Source: Lama guanicoe
Lineage: Eukaryota
Length of the DNA: 64,000 nucleotides
NCBI GenBank assembly: GCA_013239625.1
Contig: MU054400.1
Location: 3,721,802 to 3,785,801 of the forward strand
Reading direction: 5' to 3'
Shown: piece after piece, positions 24,557 to 37,450 of the stretch
Numbering within the stretch: the stretch's first letter is position 1
Layout of the letters: the number at the start of each line of letters is the position of its first letter
Notes under the pieces: model-generated
The model's database searches: none
What the model was told of the DNA's origin: nothing
What the model saw: the letters and a program-made list of their open reading frames with translations, nothing else
Program-made: the position numbers and the translations under genes

Positions 24557-25649
24557 AAAAGGAAGTCAACACCTTAAAAAAGTCTCTCCAAAATTATAAA
24601 TATATTCTTAATGTTTACTTTTATTCCTTTTTGAGTTTTAGTTTTTGAATTGAATCACCGATATATCTCAGTATTATTTTGATGTGAGGTGTTCTGTAAT
24701 TTTATCTAATGAGAGACAAAGGCCAGAATGTATTAAAGAATAATCTGTCTCAAGATAACACATTGTTCTGGGTATAAATAAATTTCTAGCCTGTGGTGTC
24801 AAAAAAATTTTTAAATCAGTAATCCTTTTTTTAAAAATGTATTGTAAACTAACATTTTTTTTAAAAAATGAAAAGCTATATGCATAAACATTTTTATACA
24901 TATTTTATTTATAATATAAAAAACTAAAGACAAACTATGTCTTATAATAATTGTGTTATTTTAACTTGAAATATATTTTCTTTAAAATTAAAATTGTCAA
25001 AAATATATAAAATATGAAAAAATATACGTTATTGTAAAGAAAATACAATATAGTATTTATCCAATATTACAATATATAAAAAGGAACATGGAAAAATAAA
25101 AATGGGCAAGGTTTTCTCTGAGAATCTGAGTTTTTTCTGGTTTTGATTTGCATTATTGTTACAATGTTCATTGATGGAATAAATTGTTTAAAATCCCATC
25201 ATACATTTACTTATTATAAATATCTGTAAACCATAACTGGGTGAAAAAAATGCCTTTTGGGCAATGGAGAAAAAAATCAGAAGTAACCTCAATGAGATCT
25301 TAGCTTAGGAAAAAAAATGATACTTAAAGGTGGTATGGCTATATGAGGCAAACAAAATCACATTGATTTAAAAAAGAACTAAAATAAAAATACAAAATTG
25401 TTTTTAAAATCTTATAAATGTAGAATAAAACAACAAATGAAGTTTTCACTTCCAATATTCAATCCAGAAAGAAACTGGCCACAGAGATAGAGAAGAAATA
25501 TTGTGGAGTTTATGTTGTTGTCCTTAACTGGGAAACTCAGTGGCCAAGGCTTTGATAGCATAAAAGTCATGGCTGCCTTTTTATCCCGTACAAGCCAACA
25601 CATTTCCTTACAATTTCCGAAAGAAACTGAATGAATTGTTTAGGTCTGA

Positions 25650-26225
25650 TTTTAATAGACTATTTTTTTTTGAGCAGTTTTGGGTTTACAGAAAAATTAA
25701 GTGTCAACTGCAAAGAGTTCCTATAACCCTCCCCACTCCCAGTTCCCTGTCATTACCATCTTGTGTTAATACGGTACGTTTGTTATTGAATTCATTTTGT
25801 TTGATGGGCCAATATTGATACAGTACCGTCAACTTAAGTCCATAGTTGACATTAGAGTTCATTTTCGGTGTTGTAAATTCCATGAGTTTTGACAAACGTG
25901 TAATGACATGCGTCCACCATGGCAGTATCTTTCAGAGTAGCTTCACTGCCCTAAAAACCCTCTGTGCTCGGTCTGTTCCCCTTTCCCTCCCTCCAAGCCC
26001 CTGGCAAACACTGATCTTTTACCTGTCTCCATGATTTTGTCTTTTCCAGAACATCATCTAGTTGGAATCATACAGGATGTAGCCTTTTCAGACAGGCTTT
26101 TTTGACTTAGCAATATGCATTTTGGTACCCTCCAGGTCATTTCATGGCTTGATATTTGTATCTTATCTTTGAATAACATTACATTGTCTGGATATATCAC
26201 AGTTTGTTTATCCATTCACCTATTA
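25650..26225 (-). mobile_element. Old L1MC-like 3' end
   Basis: gagcagttttgggtttacagaaaaatt..ttcactgccctaaaaaccctctgtgctc; related copy at about 60350-60655. Confidence 0.75.
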
Positions 26226-26711
26226 AGAATGTGGTTTTGAATCACAGGTTCATTTTTAATCAGCTTTAAATGGTTAATGATAAACCTCCAGATATGCTCA
26301 TACAAGGAAGATCTGGGGCCAAGGTAAAGGAAAGGAAGAATGAAGTGGATTAAAGGCTGGGAACAGTCTGCTGTGCTTGAAAGTCCTATTGTGACTTAAA
26401 CAAAGATTTCTTACTCTTTTATTCTTTCATCTTTACTGAACAGTGAAAATGATCAAATAATCTGACTATGTTGAATTCATTTTGTTTGAAGATGCACTGG
26501 ATCCATTGTAACAGTTACAATTCAGGTAATACTTAGTTATTGTTTTTTTAAAAACTAGAAAATGCAGGTTGGCAAAATTAAGAACGTTTAAATGACCATC
26601 CTTCTACTCGTTGCCGAGAGATAATCACTGTTTGAATGCCTGTACATACCCTTTCAGACTTTGCATTTGTGTACATGCATGCACCGTATAAAATTCATTT
26701 CAATGGATGTA

Positions 26712-27308
26712 CAGTTGATTCTCATAAGTCACAGTAGTTCTGTCCTTTAAAGTCACCACCAACCCATTGCTCCTAGAGGAAACACAGTTCCCGTGAGCCT
26801 TTTGGTCACAACATTTTCACCAACAGATCACCACGTACCCTTGTTTTATGTATGTTTCTGTTTAAAGGTCACTTATTAAATACATGTAGTTTGTTCAGTA
26901 ACCACTGAACTCATGGCCAACAGGACTATAACTCACGCCTGAGTAAAGCTTACCAAACACCTGTATTTTCTCCATGGGACACATCACAGCTTTCTTGCCC
27001 TTAGGACAACTTGTCAGCACTTCGACACTCCACTTGGGGGCCATTTTAAACGGCAGAGTCACCAGCAAGGAGCACAAAAGTGCAGAGAAAGTGGCACTAA
27101 ATAGACTGCACCTGTACGAGTGGCAGAGGGGCATCTCGTCTGATCCCACCTGGGATCAGAACACCTGCGTGTTCCCACGCACATCTGATGACTCACATTT
27201 CTGTCCTCTCCACGCGTCTGTGAACGACTTCGATCTGGAGGTTACAAATGCATTTCATCAAGTAGGCAAATTCACAAACAGGGAATCTGCAAATAATGAG
27301 GACCGTAT
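26712..27308. mobile_element. Old Tigger-family DNA transposon
   Basis: TA-cagttgattctcat start, aataatgaggaccgta end; related copy at about 38270-38870. Confidence 0.65.
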
Positions 27309-27464
27309 AAATGCCAAGACCAAGCATGCTGTTTTGCAGGCGGCAGTTTCATCCTAATATGTGAGCAAACATCTTCCCTATCAGCAAGCGTCCTTCCACG
27401 TGACCATCTGTGATGGGTTAAAAGGTATTTTATTGCATGGCTATTAGAACGTGGCTTTAGACAA

Positions 27465-27815
27465 TCTGATTTCCCCATGGCTACTGTAACAAATTACCAC
27501 AGACTTGCTAGCTTAAGACCACAGAAATTATTCTTTCATAGTTCTGGGGGCCAGAAGCCCCAAATCAGCATCACTGGGCAGAAATTAAGGTACTGTGCTC
27601 CCTCCTGGGACTCTAGGGGACAATCCAGTCCTTGTTTCTGCAGCTTCAGGGGGTTACCAGCATCTCTTGGCCTGTGGCCACCGCACTCCCATCTTCAAGG
27701 CCAGCATCACCAAATCTCTCTCTCGGCTCCACCTTCACCTCCCCTTCTCTGTGTGCCCAGTCCCCCTCTTGTCTCCTTCTGATCAGGATTTTAGTGACTG
27801 CATTTAGGGCCCACC
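27465..27815 (-). mobile_element. MaLR LTR (MLT1-like)
   Basis: gtaacaaattaccacagactt..cagaaattatt..catagttctgggggccagaag. Confidence 0.75.
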
Positions 27816-28454
27816 TGAGAATGCAAGGCTGGGATGCAAATTACATTTGCCTGTATTGAGCCTAAAGGCACAGGTTTGGCAAGAAGGGCGTCCTGGTTGA
27901 GGGTCTCCTCATGGCAGACAGGCTTGAGGCGATGGTAGCGATGGCCAGAGATCCAGGGTAAGGTACCCCACGTCACAGGGCATTTCTAACCTCTTGTACC
28001 TCCAGCGAACCCTGGAACTGTGCCCACCCTCTTCTGCCTGGGAAGCTGCCACTTGTCCTTCATCTCTCAGCTCAGCCACGGCTGCCTCAGGGCAGAGCCT
28101 CCCGGCTCCCCTCCTCGCCTCTTGAAACACTGAGCAGCTCTCCTCCCCAACATTTGCCCCAGTTGTCTATTGCCTGTCCATAGCGGTTCTCTCTTCCTTT
28201 CCACAAAGCTTCCTCTTCCCCAAACACTCAAGCTTCAGAAGCAGCAGCAGCAACTCAGGTTTGCCCTTCCTGGTGTCACTGGGGAAGCCTAGGGTCTACC
28301 AGCAGAGACAGCTCCAAGGGGGAACTGCGGTGTGGGAGGGGGGAAGGGGGAGAGGGCGAGGACCCATGCGGAGGATGCAGGTTGGGTACATGGGAGACAG
28401 AGGACTAGGAAAGGACCAGATCTTCTGGTTGCAGCAGAAGGGAAAAGATAAAGA

Positions 28455-28969
28455 TGGCGACAAGGTCCAGAACATGCCACTCAGCAATATGCCACTCTTG
28501 TATGAGGATTGTTTTAGGCTGAAAGCAATTAAGGGAAAGCAGACAGAACAGAAACTTCCTGCCCTTCCTCCCTCTCCCAGAATTCCTAATCACAGAGACA
28601 ACTCTAGATGCTTATCGGCTCAGAGACACTAGAGGAACCCAGATTGTATACATTACTATCCAGCCCTTATCTTCCACCAATTTCCCCATATGTTTACTTT
28701 CCCAGTTTGCCACTCCTAGAAGCCCAAAGTCCCTTCCCTTTGTCTTGTCACTTATTACAAATTTCTTGTTAAGCTGTGGTATAAGCCCACGTCCTAACCA
28801 GCCCTTAGAGTTACCACCGAGTGCTTTGTGTACGCATAATGCATGTGTTAATAAATGTGTCTTTGCTTTTTCTCTTGTTAATCGATCTTTTGTCAGTCTA
28901 ATTTACAGGGCGCCAGCCAATGAACCTAAGGTGGGAAGAGAGAAAAAGAGATTTCTTTCCTCCTCTACA
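28455..28969 (+). mobile_element. ERV1 solo LTR (MER34-like)
   Basis: TG start, tataa and aataaa motifs, ends tcctctaca. Confidence 0.7.
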
Positions 28970-31196
28970 GAAATGTGGAGCAAAGAGAGTAAGAATGAGA
29001 AAGGCTCGGGTCTGGGACTTGGAAAGGATCATAACTTTGGAAAGGAGAAAGGATTAATGGTAGCAAGCCAGATAGTCAGAGGTGAAAAACTTGGTAAAAT
29101 TGTACAGAGTGAATCTGGCAATGGGCAAGTCATGTTCTTAATAAACACACAATATTAATAATCAAAATCTAGCTTCCTTGTATTATAACAGTTTCACCAT
29201 GTGTGGGTTGTGAAGAAAGTGGAATTATGGAGTAAATGGAAATATTCTGATATCTGATCCTAATTAGGAATGGCACCCACTCAAGCTTGCCTGGAAGGTA
29301 CTCCAAGTAAAGGCTTAAACATCGGGGAATGAAAGGGAAGTCCATTGCCAATAACACAGCCAACTTATAAAGCGCTGGTATACGTGTTAGGAATTAGAAA
29401 CATGGAAGAAAAGCAATTTTGCGATGTAATGCAAAATTCAATAAGCTTTTCTGAATTCACTTGAGTTCAATAAAAGTTTATTAAGCCGCACATTGTGCTC
29501 CTGCTGCAGAGGTGCTTGGCTGTCAGAGCAGACGGATGTGCACACAGCTGCCACAATGCAGTGGCTGAGCGTGAGTGTGCGTGTGTGCGTGGGAGGTGAG
29601 AAAGTGGCTCAGAGGAGGGAGTGATGCGGGTGGCTGGGGGGAGGGAGGGCTGGAAGAGTTCACAGAGGATGCTGCATCACAAACCACCCCAAAACTTGGC
29701 TGGCAAGAGCAAATCATTCTTTTTTTTTTTTTCTCACTCATGGTCTGCAAGTCAGTGGGTGGGTCTGCTTCACAGGTTTCTCGTCCACTTTGGATCTGTG
29801 GCTACCCCGGGACATGTTCTCCTGGCAAATGGCAGGAATGCAAGAGGACAGGTGGAAACATGCAATGCCTCTGGGGCCTCGACTTGGAACTGTCACAGGA
29901 CACTTCCACCCACATATCATCGGCCAGAACAACTCTTCAGGGTCAAGGCCAGCATCCCTGGAGTGGAGAACACTCTACCCCTCTAAGGGGAGGTGGCACA
30001 AGGTCACAGAGCAAAGGGACTGGTTTTTAGCCTGGGGTGGGGGACGGTCGGAGAATGGGAACACCGACCCACACCATTCAAGGTGGTGATGCCTGAGCTG
30101 GGTTTTATCCTAAGAAGCATAAACAGGAGCTAACCCGGCAGTAGGATGTGAAAATTCCGTTTTCTAACAGGCCTGGCTCGGGCTAGAGCCATTACAGGTC
30201 CCCCCTAGGTGTTCATCACTGATTTCTGAGATCCAGGCATGAAAGAAAAGAAACTGGGCCCCTGGTGTCTTCCAGTCGAGACCTCGTTGCTCAGTCCTTC
30301 TCTGCACAATCCTCAGAGGAGTTCCTTGTTTGAGTTCCACCAGGGCAGGCTTTGCTTTCTGTTCAACCCGAACATTGCAAAGGGGAACTGAGGGGAAAGG
30401 GCCCGGGGAACAGCGACCTGCAGGAGGAAGATGACTTGCGCTGCTGTGAAGCATCTCTGTAGACACAGGGCAGCCTGGGGTCCTCCCTGGGGGGTTTAAC
30501 ATAAAGGGCCCTGTGTGTTAGAGTCTCTGGCCTGCGGATCCTCGATGTCTGAGGTTCCTCACTTCCCACTCAGGCTTATCTGTAATTGACATATCACCGT
30601 GGACAAGTTTAACGAGAACAATATGATGGTTTCATATATATATAAATGGCCACCAAAGCCAGTCTGGTTAACATCCATCACCTCACATAGTTCTGTTCTC
30701 TTTCTTGTGATGAAAGCTTTTAAGATCTACTCTTGACGATTTTCAAATATGACGAACTACAGCCCCCATGCTGTACATCACACCCCGGGACTTATTTCAT
30801 CCACCACAAGGCTGGACCTCTTGACCACCTTCACCCATCTCACCCCATCCCCACCCCCGCCTCTGGCCACCATCAATCTGTTCTCTGTTATCTATGAGCT
30901 TGTTTGTTGTTGTTGTTGTTGTTTTCCTTGTCTTTCAGATTCCACATGTAAGTGAGATCGCAGGTCTTCATCTTTCCCTGCCTGATGGACTTCACAGAGC
31001 CCACCTCCGTCTCCTCTTCACCACGCTTCCCCTGGGCAGCTGCACACCGGCTCTCAGGTCCCCCCGTGTGCAGATAATCTCATGCCTGCCCTGGGGCTTT
31101 GGCACTGGCTGTTCCTTCTGCTTGAAACGTTCTCCCCTTGAGTGTCTGCATAGCTGGATCTTTCTGGTCACTCAAAGCTCAGTTTAAATGTTTCTT

Positions 31197-31392
31197 GGAA
31201 GGAGGGTATAGCTCAGTGGTAGAGTGTCTGCTTAGCAGGCACAAGGTCCTGGGTTTAATCCCCAGTATCCCCAATAAAAAATAAATAAGTACACTTAATT
31301 ACAACCCCCTCCCCCCCAAAAAACAAAAAAAAATAGTTGCTTAAATTAAAAAATAAATTAATTAATTTAAAAAATATAAATTAAAAAAAAAA
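31197..31392 (+). mobile_element. vic-1-type SINE
   Basis: ggagggtatagctcagtggtagag..gtcctgggtttaatccccag head; approximate TSD aatgtttctt / aatatttctt. Confidence 0.9.
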
Positions 31393-31817
31393 TATTTCTT
31401 TCTAGGTGGGCTTCCCGGATCACTCAACCAAGACTAGCTCCCAGGTCCCACCTCCCCTTCCTGTTTCTTTCTTTACCTTAGCAATGTCACATCTGCATTT
31501 TTGCATCTGTGTGTGTGTTTCTATGTTTATCATTATGTCCACACACTGGAATATGGAGACACTGTCTACGTCCCAGTACACAGGCCCTGCTCAGTAGATG
31601 CCTTTCTGATAGCTAAATAATCTAATGGGCTCCCAATGCAATAAAACTGTATTTTCTTTTGGGGGAAGGGTTATGCTTCTAATTTATAATTTCTTTTTTG
31701 GCTTCTTGTGCAAAATCACAACTCACATAGAATCTCTTGTGCAGAAACAGATTCCAAGTTCTCATTTTTCATTTTTACATATAACCTATATAATTATTGC
31801 AATTCTGAGCAAGATTC

Positions 31818-32294
31818 CAATGAAATAAAATTTATATTTTAAAGGTGGACAAGAAAGATTTAAACAAAATTCTCTCTATGTGTCCATTTGGACCTCTGCC
31901 CTCTCCCCCTGATGTGCAGTCTGCATCTGCGTTACACATTAGCCACAGTTCTGCAAAGATAGGAGGGCCTGCTCGGCAGTAAAGATCAATTTTTTTTTTC
32001 TTCTGATGCACTCTTTCTCAGCTCTGTAAGGGGTCATGGTGCCTTGCTGCTCTGTAGGTCCTTAACGTGATTAAGCATCCTGGGTGAAATCTATGTAAAA
32101 TATCACCTTGTCATTTTGACGTACAATCCTGTCTCGAAAATGTATATGACAGCGCCTCCGACTCTTAACAGGCAGAACAGTTCTCAGAGCTTTCTCAGAA
32201 TCTGCTTCCCAGGCTATGACCCTCAGTTTGGCTTGAATAAAATTCTCTTTTTTTTTTCTTCCTAATTTGATGGTTAATTGAATTTTCATTGACA
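31818..32294 (+). mobile_element. Uninterrupted ERV1-type solo LTR (family of LTR A)
   Basis: 4-bp TSD attc (31814-31817 / 32295-32298); aataaa near 3' end; ends CA. Confidence 0.8.
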
Positions 32295-32394
32295 ATTCCA
32301 ACAGAAATTTTCAGGAAGGCTCAAAAACTGATTCAAAAGTTTATATGGAAGATGTAGGAATAAGCAGAATTTTACAGGAAGAGCTAAAATAAAT

Positions 32395-32494
32395 TTTTTT
32401 TACAGAGTTTTTAAAATTGGTGGTACTGGGGATTGAACCCAGGACCTCACGCATGCTAAATCTGTGCTTTACCACTGAGCTATTAACCACCCCC
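32395..32494 (-). mobile_element. vic-1-type SINE
   Basis: Head motif; TSD gctaaaataa. Confidence 0.88.
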
Positions 32495-33920
32495 TGCTAA
32501 AATAATTTTTTAAGTGAAGAATAGTAAGCTAATAAGATCTATGTACAAAATGTGTAACTATGGCACTGGAAACACCTTATGTGGGATTGGGGCTGGTTAA
32601 ACAAATTATGAAACATCGAGCATAATGTAATACCATGGGGTTATGAAGAAAAAAGAAACAGCTCTGGATTTGCTGATATGGAAAGGTGTCTAGATGCTAA
32701 ATGAGTGATAAGTGATATATTAATTTGTGGCAGACACAGCATTTAAGCACCAAATGAGATATTAGGTTTTCCTTCCCCACTGCTGAGAGCAGAGAGTTCT
32801 AAAAGGCTTGACTCAAGGTCTCTGCTCTCATTGGAGGTGTGACGAGACAGGTCACATCTTTTTACCAAGAACAGCTGGAAGGCACGGAGTGACTCTGAAC
32901 ACGTGTGAGAGCTGACCACGATTAGGCTTGCCTGTTACAAAGATCACTCTGGCCGACATGGGGACGCTAGATTAGAGGGATTATAGAAGGATTAGAAATG
33001 ATGCAAGGAGACCAACTGCAGAAATCCACAAGAAGGACCAACGGTGGCTGGCAATACGGAGGCGGCGATAAAGATGGAGAGAAATGGGTGCATTTGAAAA
33101 ATACTTCTGGGTAAAATGGGCAAGACCTGGCAGTAGATATGGAGGGAGGAGTGCATGAGGCGCGTCAGAGAGACTTCCAGGCACAGGCAGACATGGTTCC
33201 TGCCTTCAAGGAATTTACAGTAATTGAACCGATACAATAACAGCTGAAATTAGTCTTCTAACGGGCTCTTCTCGTGGGTGAAGGCAGGTGTCTCCTATCT
33301 CTGCCAGCCCAGACCCCTCAGTGCCCTCATCTTCATCTTTGATTCTGCATCAGCACCTCGCTCGGTGCGTGGCCCATGGGCATCAACACAGGTTTGTGGA
33401 ATAAGGCGGAGTGCCTGTTACCACGGCACTGAGTGTTTAGAACCTGTAGCCAATTTATTAAATGGAGTGGATCCCGTAGTGGAGGAGCTGAATCCATGTT
33501 TCTTTTTTGAAAGAGGATCTATACAGCAACAGCATTTAGCAGAATGTGAGATGTGGTATGATAACTGATGAACTGATGGAGTTAGAAAAAAGTCTTATCT
33601 AGAGAGCATAGCAAACATCACTGTAAGGATGAAAGTTTACTGCTCCTGTCCCTTATACCTCCTGCGCCTCTGCCTGTGCCTCCTTCCTGCGGCCCCAAAT
33701 ACTTGAGAAATGCCCACTTACCTTTCTGGGATGAGGCTTAAACATCTCCACCTCCGGGCAGCCTCTCAGGATCTATCCAATGACGGCATTATACTGCCCC
33801 CTGCTTCAGTGACTGCACTGACACGGGCCGCACCTGCCTGTGTCAGCTGTTCCCACTGCGGTCAGGGAAGCTGCTGGACCCCCTTCTGCCTCCCAGCATC
33901 CATTAGAATGCCTCCTTCCA

Positions 33921-34087
33921 GGGGAGGGTATAGCTTAGTGGGAGAGTGCAAGCTTAGTGTGCATGAGGTCCTGAGTTCAATCCCCAGTACCTCCACTGAA
34001 AAATACATATATAAATAAAATAAACCTAATCTCTCCCAAAAAAATCCCAAACAAATGCATTGCATTAAATAAATAAAAAAAAAAAAA
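33921..34087 (+). mobile_element. vic-1-type SINE
   Basis: Head motif, A-rich tail, agaatgc flanks. Confidence 0.9.
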
Positions 34088-35623
34088 GAATGCTTCTGTC
34101 ACGGTGGGCATTTCAGTCTAAAATCCTTTTCGGGTCAAAGTAATTATAAGGATGAAAGGAAAGAAGGAACAAGAATGATCAACAAGTTACTGTTAAACAA
34201 GTGATGGAAAACATTAATAAGTAAAATCTGAACGAGGTCCACAAAGCATATTGCATTCAACTCAAGTTGGGGCAGTGTGCTTTAGAAAGAAAAAACACTC
34301 AACTTCGGACTCAGAAGGGCCGGTTTTGACACTTGACTTTTCTCTCTGCTTACCTTGCTGGGTTTTGGTTTCTCATCTGTTAAGAGATTGTGGTTTTTAT
34401 TTGCATTTCTCTAATAATAATTAGGCCTAATAATTTGCTCTTAGGCCTTTCACTGAACAGAGCTGGGAAATACATGTATGGGTGGTAGCCCCACTTACCT
34501 GTAATTCTCTCTGAATCCACCCGTTTGTATATACAAAGCTAACTATGAGTTCATAATGATGTCTGATTCTAATCCAAAGCCACATGGCTCATTCCAGCTT
34601 CACAAGGGTGATTTTTTTTTTAATGGAAGGATGAAAATAAGAGAGAAAAGGGAGGTGGTCAATGCAGACTTAGATAACCCTGAATTAGAGGGGAATATAT
34701 TCAGTTAATCACAGAACTCAAATAACAGTCTTGGAGAATCTGTCACCCAACCTGTTCACTTACCTGGTGAGAAAACTGATCCAAAGATGTGAAGTGACTC
34801 GTCCAGGGTCCAGAACCAGGCAGCAGCAGAGGGAAGCCCCCTTACTCTTGAGAACCGCCCCTTTCTCACTGTGGATTGCATACTGTCTCATTGGCTGGGC
34901 ACTTTTCTTTTGAGGACAAAAGCTGGAGGAACTGCAGAGAAGTTTCGGACAGTGGTGACCACCTCAGTTTTTATCATATGCGAGGACAGCCCCACAGAGT
35001 GATCAGAGGGATGGAGACGGTACTTTCCGTTCAGAAGCTCTGAGCTTCTGAATTCATGCCGGGTGTAGGAGCTGAAATAGAGTTTACAGAGCGCTCCGGG
35101 CACGTTGCAGGGTAAGGGATTATTCGTGCCAGGCCTGGTAGATTGGGGCAAATCTGGCAGGGCAGGATTTTTGAAGACGGAACCCAGACCCAGAGAAACT
35201 GGGGCACTCCCCCAAGGTAACTCGTGAAGACGGCGGACTCCCGGTATTTTTGTACCTGCCACAGCCTCTCCGTTCGCGCAAGGTGGGAGCTCGCCGGCAA
35301 TCCTTAGCCAGAGACTCAGCAGTTTTTGCTTTGCCCTGGACTTTGCCAGGTGAGGTGGAAAGCATTTCATCCATGACATGACAGTCACATGAGATGTTCT
35401 GGGAATCTCCTCCTGAGTGAATCCACAGGCTTCCTTGTCACTTTCCCAATTTAGAGCCCTCAGCCCCTAGGGAATCTTGGGAGAGAAGTCAGGCCGAAGG
35501 GAGCAAGATTTTCTTCGGAGTCTCCCGAGGGGCAGGCGGAGTTTACCTTCCGGGGGTGGGAGGGCTAGGCTGCTTGGGTCACGTGACTGGGCAGGCCCAC
35601 ACTCACAGCTGGGTTCTTGTCAT

Positions 35624-35642
35624 CAGCCACTAGGGGGCAATA
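35624..35642 (+). promoter_or_regulatory. CTCF-binding motif
   Basis: cagCCACTAGGGGGCAata closely matches the CTCF core in non-repetitive sequence. Confidence 0.65.
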
Positions 35643-36019
35643 GCACGGCAGGGGACGTATCCAATTCCAACCTTCGGAATCCTCATTTCACAGGTGTGTA
35701 AATTTCAAGAACCTTTTTTAAAAAAAATGTTAAAGGTGGACAAACTTGTTTGTAGCAGAAGCGTTCACAGTATCATAGAATCATTAAAATAGCAAGCTCA
35801 GGTATGTTTTAAAAGATTCATTTTTTTTCCCCAAAACTATTACTTGTAATATGTCAGGGGTACATATAAATCTAGAAAATAATAATATTAAACATACTAG
35901 ACTAAGAGCATGAATGCTTTTAGTATTATGATCATTAATTTTTAATTTATTGGGATTCATGTTCATATTGCTATTTTATTGCACAGAATAAAAATGGACA
36001 ATTAAAATGTGTCTATTTC

Positions 36020-36617
36020 CTGGGCATATATCCAGAAGGAACCCTGCTTGAAAATGACACGTGCACCCCAATGTTCATAGCAGCACTATTTACAATAGCC
36101 AAGACATGGAAACAGCCTAAATGTCCATCAACAGATGACTGGATAAAGAAGAGGTGGTATATTTATACAATGGAATACTACTCAGCCATAAAAACCGACA
36201 ACATAACGCCATTTGCACCAACATGGATGTTCCTGGAGAATGTCATTCTAAGCGAAGTAAGCCAGAAAGAGAAAGAAAAATACCATATGAGATCGCTCAT
36301 ATGTGGAATCTAGGGGAAAAGAACATACATACAAAACAGAAACAGACTCATAGACATAGAATACAAACTTGTGGTTGCCAGGGGGGCGGTGGGTGGGAAG
36401 GGACAGACTGGGATTTCAAAAAGTAGAATAGATAAACAAGATTGTACTGTGTAGCACAGGGAAATATATACAAGATCTTGTGGTGGCTCACAGGGAAAGA
36501 GAATGTGACAACGAATGTATGTATGTTCATGTATAACTGAAAAATTGTGCTCTACACTGGAATTTGACACAACATTGTAAAATGACTATAACTCAATTAA
36601 AAAATGTTTTAAAAAAA
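36020..36617 (+). mobile_element. Young 5'-truncated L1 with TSD, same subfamily as 1-768
   Basis: Intact ORF2 C-terminus (36071-36313); TSD gtgtctatttc at 36009-36019 and 36618-36628. Confidence 0.95.
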
Positions 36618-37079
36618 GTGTCTATTTCAAATACCTGAATACATTTTATGGAAAAATGGAGTGTAAACAATTCCTTCATTTTCTTTCTGCTGTGTGCATC
36701 CGGTTGAAAATGGCTCCCTTGAGCTTCTGGATTTATCGCACCCCTGGTCCAAAGAATCACAAGCCCTGAACTGAAGTGTCAGCCCAATATGGAGTGTCCA
36801 GCGGAGAAAATCTGATCGGCCTGCTATGAATCTGGTGCCTACCCTTAGTTCAAATGACTGAGGCCAGGGCCCAGGGCTCCGGTGCAAATATGGCTGCTGT
36901 GTCCTGTGGGGGAACCTCACAAAGAAAAGTGGGTTGATGGGAACTGGGCAGATGTCTACAGCTGAGTCATCACAGATGTATATTTATATGTATAATTCTA
37001 CCAGCCCTTCTTTGATCTTTCCCTTCTGATGTTTAGAAAAGCTATCACATTTCAGAATTGGGAGTCACATATTCTGGTT

Positions 37080-37318
37080 CCATTTATAAGCATAGGTAAA
37101 TCCGTAGAGATGCTAAGCATATTGGTGGTTGCCAGGGGCTGAGGGGACAGTTAGAATAGCTTAACACATACAGGGTTTCCTTTGGGGTGATGAAAATATT
37201 TCAGAACTAGATAGAGGTAGTGGTTGCACAAGATTGTGAATGTATTAAATGACACTGAATTGTGCACCTGAAAATGGTTACTTTTGTTATGTAAATTTCA
37301 CCTCAGTAAAAATAAAAT
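37080..37318 (+). mobile_element. Old L1 3' end
   Basis: ggtggttgccaggggct..cagggtttcctttggggtgatgaaaat..gaactagatagagg. Confidence 0.8.
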
Positions 37319-37335
37319 CAAGTGTCACATTCAAT

Positions 37336-37450
37336 CTTTTTTTTTTTGGAAGGGGAAGATAATTAGGTTTATTTATTTATTTATTTATTTAAATTTTTTC
37401 TAAATGGAGGTACTGGGAATTGAACCCAAGAACTCGTGCACACCCCTCTC
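37336..37450 (-). mobile_element. Partial vic-1-type SINE
   Basis: Tail and B-box region present, A-box region missing. Confidence 0.8.

Noticed and set aside
24680..25460. Very AT-rich stretch
   Set aside because: No periodicity or ORF seen; probably decayed repeat or low-complexity DNA.
31197..31270. tRNA-like heads with A/B boxes (about 16 copies)
   Set aside because: They have A-rich tails, TSDs and divergent stems: SINEs, not functional tRNA genes.
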